This document shows positions 21,696-30,997 of a stretch of 64,000 nucleotides of DNA, piece by piece. Below the pieces are notes generated by a model. That model searched no databases. It had not been told where the DNA came from and saw nothing but the letters and a program-made list of their open reading frames with translations. The stretch comes from Candidatus Poribacteria bacterium (GTDB lineage Bacteria > Poribacteria > WGA-4E > WGA-3G), in the NCBI GenBank assembly GCA_964291315.2, contig OZ219750.1, positions 480,001 through 544,000 on the forward strand, written 5' to 3'. The first letter of the stretch is position 1; every line of letters begins with the position of its first letter. The position numbers and the translations under genes are program-made.

Positions 21696-21923
21696 ATGGT
21701 TCAAGTTGAAGTAAATGTCAACCCGAGCGAAACATTTGATCGCGCACTTGCACGGTTCAAGAAGATGTGCGGGAAAGCTGGTATCGTTACGGAAATCAAA
21801 AAGCGGAGTTTCTACGAAAAACCGAGTGAGAAACGTCGCAGGATCGAGATGAAACGTCAGCGGAAAGTTAGACCTCGGAAAACGATGGGCGGCGGTTCAC
21901 GTCCAAGTTATGTGAGATCTTAG
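21696..21923 (+). CDS. rpsU: 30S ribosomal protein bS21
   Basis: E.FDRALARFKK.C.KAGI..EIKKR.FYEKPSEKRRR; GGAGG RBS before ATG 21696. Confidence 0.93.
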   Translation: MVQVEVNVNPSETFDRALARFKKMCGKAGIVTEIKKRSFYEKPSEKRRRIEMKRQRKVRPRKTMGGGSRPSYVRS

Positions 21924-21941
21924 AACATAGAGGGGAGATGA

Positions 21942-22454
21942 ATGGCAGATCTTGTTACTGGTGAGATTTTAGAAAATTACAAAGGACTTTTGATTCAATA
22001 CTGTCAAGAACGTGGGTTAAGTCAGCCGACTTACACGGAAACACGGCACGGCCCAGCGGATGCCCCCCGCTGGCAGGTCAAGGTCGTTTATGGTGATCGG
22101 GTCCACGAGACTCCAGAGCCGATCCCTGGTTCAAAAAAGCTTGCACACCAAATAGCCGCACAACAGGTGTTGGCAGACATCGATTCAAGACGGGACAATT
22201 TTTTGGCGGGCGACCAAGCAACCGCGGTGGTGTCCAACGCTCCTCCTATCGCTACGCCTACTCCACTTGAAGTTCCAATATCTCTTATCTCCAATGCGTT
22301 GACGATTGCAAGCGAGCGGCTGACGGCGTCGCAACCCACGCGGTACCGGACCCTCACAGATCGCGAATTTTCGCAGAAGCTTTCTAAGTTGACAGTGGAG
22401 ATTGTCCGGAACCTATTGGAAACAGCACAAAAGCAGAAAATTACATTTCAATAG
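21942..22454 (+). CDS. Stand-alone double-stranded RNA-binding motif protein with C-terminal helical domain
   Basis: NYKGLLIQYCQ.RG...PTY....GPA.AP.W.V.V...GSKKLA.Q.AA..VL is a dsRBD signature; no RNase III catalytic domain. Confidence 0.75.
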   Translation: MADLVTGEILENYKGLLIQYCQERGLSQPTYTETRHGPADAPRWQVKVVYGDRVHETPEPIPGSKKLAHQIAAQQVLADIDSRRDNFLAGDQATAVVSNAPPIATPTPLEVPISLISNALTIASERLTASQPTRYRTLTDREFSQKLSKLTVEIVRNLLETAQKQKITFQ

Positions 22455-22595
22455 ACTTTTTGCTATACCATCTTTTTCGTTTGATTCACTCCTGGTGAGG
22501 CTTTCCGGCCTCGCCTATTTTATTGTCAGCATTTTTTCGGTTGAGTTGGATGTCGGGATTCGGGGCTATGAGAGAACGGTTCTCGCGCTTTTTCT

Positions 22596-22624
22596 TTGAC
22601 AGCACAGAAACACTAATATATAAT
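22596..22624 (+). promoter_or_regulatory. Perfect consensus sigma70 promoter
   Basis: TTGACA-17-TATAAT. Confidence 0.75.
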
Positions 22625-22693
22625 ATGGAGAGGGTCGAAAAGCCGTGGCTCTCCTACAGTTATCTGTGTGGCACGGAGCCAAGTGGGAGTTGT

Positions 22694-23395
22694 TCACGGC
22701 TTTTTGCCAAAAAAGTAGACCGCAGACGCTAAAATATCAGCATCTTTGTGTAAGAATAACAAAGCATCTAAAATCAAGAAAGGGAACGTTAGCCACCCTA
22801 CAATAAGTGAGATGATTTTCGCAAGGATCAGACTTCCAAAAGAGAAGAGAAGTCCGAGGTACTCCCTGAAAATCCAGTGTAAAGACGCGGTGGGACCCGC
22901 GCACGCCCCACTCTCAATCTCTGAGAAAGCGGCACAAAGTTGGTGGATACCGGAAACAGTCCACCGTTGGTAATCGTGGGGTGAGGCGTGATAGCCTTGT
23001 AAAAACGGTACTGCGACACAGATGTAACCGCCCGGCTTGAGCACCCGGTATATCTCTTGGACAACGCGGTTCGGGGAATGGACGTGCTCGAGGACGGCTT
23101 CGGAAATAACCGCATCAAAGGTGTTGTCCTTGAACGGTAGAAAATGCCCGTCTCCGATGATATCTATTTCTGGTGTCGGTTCAATTTCGAGGTTAATGAC
23201 ATTTGGGGCACGGCGTCGGCTGCCTGCGCCGAGGTCCAAGATTTTTGTGCTATAACTGAGCTGCTGTAACAAACGTTTCACACACCGGTTCCAGCGTGCT
23301 GCAGGATAGGGACACCCGACAAGGTGGGACAGCAGTCGGTTCTGCCTGAGTGCGCGCTTCAAGCGTGAAATCAGGTCTGTTTTCGGATCTGTCAT
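22694..23395 (-). CDS. Class I SAM-dependent methyltransferase (type 11)
   Basis: ILDLGAG, GDGHFLPFKDNTFDAVISEAVLEHV, RVLKPGG, YHASPHDYQRWT; start at 23395 or 23407 uncertain. Confidence 0.88.
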   Translation of the reverse strand: MTDPKTDLISRLKRALRQNRLLSHLVGCPYPAARWNRCVKRLLQQLSYSTKILDLGAGSRRRAPNVINLEIEPTPEIDIIGDGHFLPFKDNTFDAVISEAVLEHVHSPNRVVQEIYRVLKPGGYICVAVPFLQGYHASPHDYQRWTVSGIHQLCAAFSEIESGACAGPTASLHWIFREYLGLLFSFGSLILAKIISLIVGWLTFPFLILDALLFLHKDADILASAVYFFGKKP

Positions 23396-23399
23396 AGAT

Positions 23400-24635
23400 A
23401 TGGCCATACACAACCTTTCGAGAAAATACGCAGGATATGCCACACATTTCTGCAAGTCAACTTGGCAACTCGCTACGATAGTGTGGCTTCAGTTCATCAG
23501 GCATAAATGTTTGCAGCAAGCCTCTTCGCTGGCGTTTAACACCTTGTTGTGTCTTGTGCCGTTATCGGCGGTCGCGCTGTTCCTGCTAAAAACGTTTGGG
23601 ATTGTAGAGGATGACAATTCGCCTTTGATTGTTGCTCTCCGTGATAACTTTTTGCCTCGCTATGCTGCAGAGGAAATTGTATCAGAACTTTCGGGATTTG
23701 CCAACAGAAATTTGGGTGGGCTCGGTGTCGGCGGTTTTCTGTTGTTCCTTGTGGTATCAACGATGCTCTTTATGTCAGTAGAGCAGCACTTCAACGACAT
23801 TTGGGGGGCGCGTCGGCGATTGCCGATCGTGCAAGCCTTCCAGAAATACGCGGTCTTCTATACACTGCTATCGGTGGGGCCCCTGCTCATCTGGCTGTTT
23901 TTCTCAACTGCGACAAATTGGGTCTTTGGACATGTGTTTCCATGGGTGCTGGTCTATTGCCTCTTTTTTCTGATGTACATGGCGATGCCCAACACATACG
24001 TGCAATGGGGTGCGGCATCACTGGGGACGCTCGTTGCTGGAACGTTGTTCCAAATTGTGAAACTTGCCTTTGGACGTTATCTTGAGCTGGTCTGGCAAAA
24101 TTATAATGACATCTACGGTGCGCTGGCAATGCTTGTGGTTTTTGCAATTTGGACATATATGACGTGGGTGGTGATCCTCCTCGGTGCGGAGGTTTCACGT
24201 TCAGTACAACATTTTCATTCTGCTTCCCTGACGAGCGAACGGAGTGGCGATACCCGTATCAATTATGTTGATGCTTCAGATGTAATTTTAGTGTATCTGA
24301 TTATTGCGGAGCATTTCTGTAAAGGACAAGGTACTTGTCCAAAGGATCAAATTGTCTCTATTTCGATGTTCCCTGAAGAGGTTGTGTTGCAGTGCTTGGA
24401 CAGGTTTAAGGTGGCGCGACTTATCTACAAGGTAGAAGGTGAGACGGACGGCTATCTCCCAGCCCGTGAGTTGACCTCTATTACACTCCAACAGGTTGTG
24501 GATGCAGTGGCGGTTAGGACAATGGTGCGGTCTGCAGACGGTATTTTGTCTGCAGATGGGTTGCAGGTATTGGCGAATTTGCGCGACCAGCAGCGCACAC
24601 GTTTGGAGAAGATTACAGTGGCTTCTTTGTTGTGA
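23400..24635 (+). CDS. YihY/BrkB family membrane protein with C-terminal winged-helix (Rrf2-like) extension
   Basis: ASSLAFNTLLCLVP, FNDIW, Y..MPN, IYGALA, W.Y.TW..ILLGAE; GYLPAR...ITL..VV.AV tail. Confidence 0.9.
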   Translation: MAIHNLSRKYAGYATHFCKSTWQLATIVWLQFIRHKCLQQASSLAFNTLLCLVPLSAVALFLLKTFGIVEDDNSPLIVALRDNFLPRYAAEEIVSELSGFANRNLGGLGVGGFLLFLVVSTMLFMSVEQHFNDIWGARRRLPIVQAFQKYAVFYTLLSVGPLLIWLFFSTATNWVFGHVFPWVLVYCLFFLMYMAMPNTYVQWGAASLGTLVAGTLFQIVKLAFGRYLELVWQNYNDIYGALAMLVVFAIWTYMTWVVILLGAEVSRSVQHFHSASLTSERSGDTRINYVDASDVILVYLIIAEHFCKGQGTCPKDQIVSISMFPEEVVLQCLDRFKVARLIYKVEGETDGYLPARELTSITLQQVVDAVAVRTMVRSADGILSADGLQVLANLRDQQRTRLEKITVASLL

Positions 24636-24642
24636 AAACCTG

Positions 24643-26466
24643 CTACTCCGGCGAAAACTCATTGGCCTTTACGTAATACAAAAACCCGATACACATCTCA
24701 TCTGTGGTTTTCTCACCCCACCCGACAGGGATAGGTGGATCATGTGGGTTTGCAGGGTTGCCCGCGGAATTATCGAAATGCGCCACTAATTCCACGCGCG
24801 TTCCCTCCGGTAAAAACAACGGTTCCCGGTAGTGATAGATGTCCTGCCAATTGAAATCCCAATCCTGGATCCAGATGAGCTCATGCCGAATACCGTTCGG
24901 GGTCACCGCAGCGAGTCGCATATCGCGCCCAATGAGATGCATGTGGGGCATGGTTGCAAGGAGGTAGACATCTGTCTTGAAATTCTTGTGTGCCGTGACA
25001 GCGTATCGCTCTGCTCCTGCCGGGACCACAAAATCGCTGTTGATTGCCTCCTTGATGTGGAGTTTTGCAGTATTTTCTGTTTGAGAGAAATAGAGTCCTA
25101 GACGGGTTCGGTCATGTTCGAGGTGTCCTGTGCGGTAGTAATGCACTTGCATAACGATGTCAGCACCTTTGGGTAAAAGGTAACCGACTCCTTCGGGTAA
25201 TACAACTGGTGTAACGCCTGGTGCCCAACCGCCTACTGTCCCTGCGGTGTCAAACCCAGGTCCCGTGCCTTCTGTGGCATAACCGGGTTTGGGGTCCTGC
25301 GCGTCGAGTTTGCGCGCCTCCCCGTTCACGTCGAGGTAAGCGATGACGTGGTGTACGGTCTTGCGGTTCCCGGGTTGTACATCCACGGCTTGAACGTACA
25401 CATCTGTGTCAAAGTGAGTGGGGATGATAAACTGGCGATATTCATCTTCGCCTTCAGGTTCTATTTCATATTCAACGGGCATCTCGGCGATCCAGTCAGG
25501 TTCCCCGAGTGCCCAGCCATCGTGGAATTCTGGGGCAGATGGTACAGTCTCGAGATCCCCGGCAGGTGCACCGGATTCCGCCCAATGTGCAATCATCTCA
25601 ATTTCGGTATCGGGGAGGCGGCGTTCGTTTTTGAAGTTCCCGTAGCCAGGCGCGGGTTTCCAAGGGGGCATGAGACGTGCCTGCGTGTATTCAGCAATCT
25701 CGGTTGCCCACGCCTTTGCATCGCTATAGTCAGTGAGCGTAAATGGAGCCACCTCACCTTGGCGGTGGCAGGTTTGGCACTGCTTTTGAAGGATCTGCGC
25801 GATGTGTTCACTATAGGTTATCTTTTCAGGGAGACTTGTTTCGGGAAAGTGGATCGTGCAGCCGAACGCTGAAGTTGTTTGGACAGGAACGGGGCTATTA
25901 TCGCGGGTCGCGATGAGCGCGTCGCGGAGATAGTGACGTTTGACGCGGGTTTCGTAACGGTTATCGTCAATCGCTCCGCGGTATTGCAAGGTGCTTTCTG
26001 TATCGATGAGAAACGCTTGTGGGGTCATCGTGGCATCAAAGAGGTGCGCGAGTCTGCCTGTTTCATCTTTGACGACATGGAATGGATATTCGGCTTTGGC
26101 GACGTACGCTTTTACCTCGTCTACAGCATCATTTTCGTTGGCGTAGACTGCCACGAAGGTGTGTGTCGGGAATTCTGCGCTGAGCCGTTTCAGACGCGTG
26201 GTATAACGTTGTGCAACCGGACACTCTGTGGCAAGAAATGTGAAGACGATGGGACCTTGTTTGGTGAGTATATCTAAATTGTGGGTTTTGCCGTCGAGTG
26301 TTGTGAAGTTAAAACTGGGCAGTTTTGTGCCGACAAGAACGCTACTCTGGTTCAGAGGTGTCTCTTCTATGACGCGGTGTTTATTTGTGATGGTGTACTC
26401 AGAGGCACCGTCCGTTGCAGATGAGATCATGAGTGTCAGTAAAAGTATTAGCAGATAAGGTTTCAT
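24643..26466 (-). CDS. Secreted redoxin + CxxCH + copper type II monooxygenase-like fusion protein
   Basis: ECPVAQRY / YRGAIDD / GC redoxin; CQTCH; VHHV, PHMHLIG, WDFNWQ, DEMC. Confidence 0.85.
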   Translation of the reverse strand: MKPYLLILLLTLMISSATDGASEYTITNKHRVIEETPLNQSSVLVGTKLPSFNFTTLDGKTHNLDILTKQGPIVFTFLATECPVAQRYTTRLKRLSAEFPTHTFVAVYANENDAVDEVKAYVAKAEYPFHVVKDETGRLAHLFDATMTPQAFLIDTESTLQYRGAIDDNRYETRVKRHYLRDALIATRDNSPVPVQTTSAFGCTIHFPETSLPEKITYSEHIAQILQKQCQTCHRQGEVAPFTLTDYSDAKAWATEIAEYTQARLMPPWKPAPGYGNFKNERRLPDTEIEMIAHWAESGAPAGDLETVPSAPEFHDGWALGEPDWIAEMPVEYEIEPEGEDEYRQFIIPTHFDTDVYVQAVDVQPGNRKTVHHVIAYLDVNGEARKLDAQDPKPGYATEGTGPGFDTAGTVGGWAPGVTPVVLPEGVGYLLPKGADIVMQVHYYRTGHLEHDRTRLGLYFSQTENTAKLHIKEAINSDFVVPAGAERYAVTAHKNFKTDVYLLATMPHMHLIGRDMRLAAVTPNGIRHELIWIQDWDFNWQDIYHYREPLFLPEGTRVELVAHFDNSAGNPANPHDPPIPVGWGEKTTDEMCIGFLYYVKANEFSPE

Positions 26467-26547
26467 AGGGTTCTCCTATTGTTGATATTTTTAGGTATAA
26501 GTATAACATGAAAATGAAGTAAGTAAAACTAATTCTATTGAACATAC

Positions 26548-26832
26548 CAGGGCCATTCAATTGTCGCTGATTACATTGATTGGCTAGACCTCACGCAAGT
26601 GTATCAATACCGATGCCACCGCATCCATAAACGCACCGGCAGAGAAGTGACTTCCCTTTCGGAGAGGGTGCCTCTACGTGCGATGTGACAGTAGTCCGCA
26701 AGTGATGGCAGCCTTACGCAATACCACCCTTACGCTGCTACGGGGCTTTCGTTATATGCACATCACAAAAACGCAAATCCATGGAACGCTGCAAAATCAT
26801 GAAAAACTATAACTGAAAGTTGAATGGTTCTG
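26548..26832 (+). mobile_element. Internally deleted ISAs1-family element
   Basis: IRs CAGGGCCATTCAA / TTGAATGGTTCTG. Internal fragments translate to DYIDWLDLTQVYQY...KRTGREV and FGE.AS / VRCDSSPQVMAALRNTTLTLLR, matching the ISAs1 transposase C-terminus. Confidence 0.75.
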
Positions 26833-27031
26833 TGCAATATAGAATGCTCTGTTGAGATGAGTTTTGTGTGTTGAGGCAGAAAAGCTGCGCGTATGTCTAG
26901 TGACACTGCTCAAAAGTGGGTTAAAACGGATGAAATTTCCTGATCACGACCTGTCTTGATAAAAAAATTGAATGATTTTTGAGAAAATTGGGGGTCACAG
27001 GCAGAATTATGCGCTTTTTTGACAAATTAAT

Positions 27032-27060
27032 TTGACAAGCGCTTTAATTAATAGTACCTT
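27032..27060 (+). promoter_or_regulatory. Putative sigma70 promoter
   Basis: TTGACA-17-TACCTT. Confidence 0.45.
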
Positions 27061-27339
27061 TCACAATAGGGAAGTTAGTTTTGTTATCTGAAAGTTAAAT
27101 AGTGAACGTGACGTGCCTATTAAGCTGCAGTCGAGCATATTTCCCAATGAGGGAAACCCTTCCTCCGGGAGTAATTTCTCTGGAAACGAAAAATATGGCC
27201 CACCGGATCCACCACCGAGAGATACATCTAACCTCGTTTAATGCATAGATCAGACGCAGATTTCCTGCGTCTGATCTCAATCAGAAACATGGTGATCTTT
27301 CAGGCAGCTTTCTAGACGCAGGTAAGCAAAAGGAGAACA

Positions 27340-27852
27340 ATGTCTATCAAGTTCTTTGGAATCATCGGTGCCACGATGTTCTTTCTCGGTTGCCTCGGCA
27401 CAAAAACGATGAATGTATCAGAAAAAAGCAATCCTCAGAAACGCGTATCGACACACACAGACACAACAAACGACCACATGCATGAAGATACAGATGCGGA
27501 AGTGAAACATCTCCTCGAGTTTCAAAGACTGGTGAATACGGACCCCGAAGCTGCTCGAACCGCACTCTCCAAATCCTCCGAAATCAAGTTTGGTAAGCAC
27601 CCGCTTGTCAAAGAATGGGAGCAACTCTTCTTTCGTCTTTTGCGTGACAAAAAAGGCACGATTCTGGATCTAAAACGATTTAATGAACTACACCTTCAAA
27701 TGCTTAAGGACATTGACCCAGAGAAAAATGCTAAAGAAATTGAATACCTTCAAAATGCTCTAAAGAAGCAGGAGTTTCTCATTGAATCGATCAGAAAACA
27801 GGGGGACTCTCCTGAAACGTTTGAATCTGAATTCTCCCTGTCCATTGAGTGA
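27340..27852 (+). CDS. Hypothetical lipoprotein-like helical protein
   Basis: AAGGAG RBS, short signal with FLGC, helical charged body. Confidence 0.6.
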   Translation: MSIKFFGIIGATMFFLGCLGTKTMNVSEKSNPQKRVSTHTDTTNDHMHEDTDAEVKHLLEFQRLVNTDPEAARTALSKSSEIKFGKHPLVKEWEQLFFRLLRDKKGTILDLKRFNELHLQMLKDIDPEKNAKEIEYLQNALKKQEFLIESIRKQGDSPETFESEFSLSIE

Positions 27853-27950
27853 AACACGCCAAGGTCTTTTGCCTGTAAGACGCACATGCCCCTATAGCCT
27901 CCGCTCTACAGACAGTGACGAGAGAAATCTAATGCAAGGAGATAGATAAC

Positions 27951-28688
27951 ATGAAGAGATTTTTGACACTCCGAAACTTATTAGCGGTATGCCTTCTCAC
28001 CGTCCTCGGTAGCGCTGGAATTTATGTCTATCTAGAATCAGAGCTAAGAAAGTTCGAGTCAGAAATCGCCGGCCAGCTACAACTCGACTTTTCCCCAAAC
28101 ACAAGCCCTGAAAGAGGTCTGATCCGGCAAAAAACCGTGTCGGAGAACTTTTTGACAGAAGACCTGCCTCCTGAACATTTAAATGCCCCACCGATAGAAA
28201 CGATTACTCAGGGGTTGGAGACAGAAGAACCAGAATTGGAGATCCTTGATGACCCCTTTGAAGATTTTGACTTGGAAAGGAATTCCCCTGAGTTTTTTCC
28301 CAGGGCAACTGATGAGCTATCTGCCGCGCCTGTTGAGGTTGAAATACCGGAGTGGATCGTCAATGCTTGGAATTACAGCGAGTATCGCGACACAGATCCG
28401 GAACACGCCTATGAACAACTGCGGGGCTCCTTTAGTGGGCGTTACGGTGATTCTTCCGAAGTCGACACCATCGTAAAAAACGTAGAACGGATTGACACCG
28501 GCACAGCCACAATAGACAACCTGATCGAACTTACGGAGGCGTGGCTAAACATTCTTCCGCCTGAGGCGGCAGAAGATTATGAGGCCCTGGTTGAAGGTCT
28601 TGAAAGCATGCATACTTTTAAGGACTTAAAAGCATTAGGAGAGAACGTAACTTTCTCCGTGACTTTCTCTGTCGAAGAAGAACATTAA
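27951..28688 (+). CDS. Hypothetical membrane-anchored acidic protein
   Basis: AAGGAG RBS, N-terminal TM; C-terminal part (TDPEHAY..L...F..RYG) loosely resembles 27340 (TDPEAAR..L...KFG). Confidence 0.65.
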   Translation: MKRFLTLRNLLAVCLLTVLGSAGIYVYLESELRKFESEIAGQLQLDFSPNTSPERGLIRQKTVSENFLTEDLPPEHLNAPPIETITQGLETEEPELEILDDPFEDFDLERNSPEFFPRATDELSAAPVEVEIPEWIVNAWNYSEYRDTDPEHAYEQLRGSFSGRYGDSSEVDTIVKNVERIDTGTATIDNLIELTEAWLNILPPEAAEDYEALVEGLESMHTFKDLKALGENVTFSVTFSVEEEH

Positions 28689-28912
28689 TGCGTCTGCCTG
28701 CATTCTTAAAGCGTCCTCACGTCGGAACAATTTTTCTTGGGGTGCTCGTTCTATTTTTTTCAACTTTCATCCGTATACAGGGTGTTGAGTCCTTTCCATC
28801 CGGCCAGTTTACTGAGCACGGTGCCTATCTTTATTTTTGGCAGGCAAGCATTATCTCCGAACACGGGCACCTGCTCGAACGCGATATGTCTCGATGGTTA
28901 CCAACCCGTTGA
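28688..28912 (+). pseudogene. N-terminal fragment of an STT3/oligosaccharyl-transferase-like membrane protein
   Basis: TM then FIRIQG...FTEHGAYLYFWQA..I...G.L.ERD..RWLP; truncated at 74 aa. Confidence 0.5.
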
Positions 28913-29576
28913 AACCTCAAAGCATCCACGTTTCTGTCGTGATGCCCTGCCTCAATGAGCAAGAAACTATCGGTATCTGCATTGAAAAGGTGCAGCGAAC
29001 CCTTATATCACTCGGAATTAAAGGGGAGGTGATCATCGCAGATAACCATTCTACCGACGACTCTGTCGCGATAGCCGAACGGTTCGGTACGCGTGTGGTT
29101 CATCAAAAACGACGAGGGTATGGTGCCGCGTATCTTGCAGGCTTTAGTGCTGCACAAGGAGAATATATCATAATGGGAGACGCTGATGACACTTACGATT
29201 TCACAGACTTAGAACGCTTCACTACGCCTTTACATGACGGATATGACATGGTGATCGACAACCGATTCAAAGAGGGATACGCTCCGAAGCAATGCCGTGG
29301 GCAAATCGCTATATTGGAAACCCTATCCTGTCAGGGCTACTGCAGTTGCTTTTCTGTACTGACATCGTGGATTGTCATTGCGGGATGCGTTCCTTCACTA
29401 AGAAGGCATATACGCGCATGGCGTTACAAACTACCGGTATGGAGTTTGCTTCTGAAATGGTTGTGCGTGCAGTCGAAGAAACCTTGAAAATCCTTGACAT
29501 ACCGATAGACTACGCACCCCGTATCGGTGAATCAAAGCTCAAGCCTGTGCGGGACGCTTGGCGGCATATTTGCTAA
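28910..29576 (+). pseudogene. Frameshifted glycosyltransferase family 2 (DPM1-like)
   Basis: VSVVMPCLNE, IIADNHSTD, GYGAA, MGDADDTYD in one frame; MPWANRYIGNP...DCHCGMR...GMEFASE...R.GESKL..RDAWRH in another; shift near 29270-29290. Confidence 0.85.
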
Positions 29577-29785
29577 CTGCTCAAACATCGACTCAAACAC
29601 AAATAATAAAAAACAGAAAGACATCCCAAAAAAATTTGTTTGCTGATGATTCAAAATGCATCTGTTACAGAGAAAAGTGCTGCATCTTGACGATCAGGAA
29701 ATGCACTATTAAAAACTAGGTGCCGAAGATATATTCGGGAGTGACAATTTTATAGCGACCGTTCCGAGGAAAATTCGAACAGAAA

Positions 29786-30034
29786 GAAATTTGGATTCCG
29801 TACGATCTCGCAGCTGCGGCTGAGGTCAAGGTCTCTATCTATTCTGCGGATGGCGGTCTTGTCCGGACGCTCTCTTTAGGGTATTAGGCTGCAGGTATGT
29901 ACCAGAGCAAGTCTCGGGGGGCGTATTGGGATGGTCGCAACGAAGCTGGGGAAACTGTTGCAAGCGGTCTCTATTTCTATACGCTTGAAGCAGGTTCTTT
30001 CACTGCAACCCGTAAAAAGTTGATAATGAAGTAA
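29786..30034 (+). pseudogene. Orphan FlgD-Ig/T9SS-type C-terminal domain remnant with internal TAG
   Basis: Not in ORF track: EIWIPYDLA..AEVKVSIY..DG.LVRTLSLGY*AAGMYQSKSRGAYWDGRNEAGETVASGLYFYTLEAGSFTATRKKLIMK* (TAG 29885-29887). Confidence 0.8.
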
Positions 30035-30037
30035 TTA

Positions 30038-30222
30038 AACAGAGGGTTTTCAATAGTTAAAGCAAAATCCTCATAAAGAATAAAGAGGCACGTTTGACAG
30101 TTTATGCTACAAGCCCCTTGCGTTGCAAAGGAAGCTAACAGTTTATGCCGCGGGCACCGAAGAGGCACAGCCTAGCAGTCTCTGCTACAAGAGAGTGCCT
30201 CTAAATCTTTTCAAACTCACGT
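30038..30222. mobile_element. MITE-like element 5 with three REP-like hairpins
   Basis: Right end CCTCTAAATCTTTTCAAACTCACGT; TAATTA on both sides (30032-30037 and 30223-30228); left TIR degenerate. Confidence 0.5.
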
Positions 30223-30295
30223 TAATTAGATAACCCCGCAACTTGGATTGCCGGGTTATTTCATAGAGTAACACGATTTTGATAATTATTTATTT
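30223..30295 (+). repeat. 73-bp direct repeat copy 1 (terminator-like module)
   Basis: taattagataaccccgcaacttggattgccgggttatttcatagagtaaca...gataattatttattt, near-identical to 33770-33842. Confidence 0.85.
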
Positions 30296-30380
30296 CAGCT
30301 TTTAAAGGCTGTGGTGCGTCTGTGAGTTGTGTGTAGGTTGAACTCGGTGTTTTTGTGCCGTGATGAAAACAAAGAATTAT

Positions 30381-30409
30381 TTGATAAACGCTCTGAGATG
30401 TGTTATATT
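30381..30409 (+). promoter_or_regulatory. Putative sigma70 promoter
   Basis: TTGATA-17-TATATT with extended TG. Confidence 0.45.
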
Positions 30410-30417
30410 TTATTATA

Positions 30418-30560
30418 ATGTGAGCTGGATGATTGTTTGGTTCATTTTTTGTTGCGGATGCCCAGATTGACAGTCTCTGCTACAAGAGATGTTTGCGGAT
30501 GTAGAGTCTAACTGTCTCTGCTACAAAAGAGTGCCTCTAAATCTTTTTTCAAACTCACGT
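30418..30560. mobile_element. MITE-like element 4 with two REP-like hairpins
   Basis: ATGTGAGCTGGAT ... CCTCTAAATCTTTTTTCAAACTCACGT; internal gcggatg...gtctctgctacaa twice. Confidence 0.55.
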
Positions 30561-30590
30561 TAGAGCTATTTTAAGTATTGAGGACAACAG

Positions 30591-30761
30591 ATGATGATGG
30601 ACAACCGAGTTGTTAATTTACCGAGTAAAGAAGGACGGCTGGAGGTGCTACGATGCAGTTGCTTTGTTGTGTGGAGCGTTGCCTTCTCTCTGTCTTTTAT
30701 CTGGGTCTCTATTTTAACTTCTTGTTATCAACCTACGCTTGAAAAACTGACGAATGGTTAA
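30591..30761 (+). CDS. Possible 56-aa single-TM small protein
   Basis: GAGGA RBS; hydrophobic FVVWSVAFSLSFIWVSILT; below ORF-track cutoff. Confidence 0.3.
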   Translation: MMMDNRVVNLPSKEGRLEVLRCSCFVVWSVAFSLSFIWVSILTSCYQPTLEKLTNG

Positions 30762-30997
30762 ATATTCGTTCTTGTTTCATTAGTCCTTGTTCTGTATCTG
30801 TTGCCCGTTTTCCAAATCTATGGTTTTGGTGCGGGTGTTTTTTTGCATCCCGTTGGTGGAGATCAGAGGTATCTATCGTTGAAGCGATGTCGAACGATAT
30901 CACATTTTTAAGATAAATATCCTCCTGCTTTTAGGAGGAGCAACATTTGGGACTATTAAACATTCTGTGTATCTTCACAGAGAAAAGGAGAGACAAC

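Noticed and set aside
27134-27200. Hammerhead ribozyme (ccaatgag...cgaaa)
   Set aside because: Core CUGANGA is not matched, and stems I and III with a cleavage triplet could not be built.
29885-29887. In-frame TAG as pyrrolysine or readthrough
   Set aside because: The position corresponds to a typical Gln (CAG>TAG), and the fragment has no start or N-terminal domains; pseudogene.
30090-30530. Repeated gtctctgctacaa units as a possible CRISPR array
   Set aside because: Repeats are degenerate, spacers short and irregular, no cas genes; better explained as REP hairpins inside MITEs.
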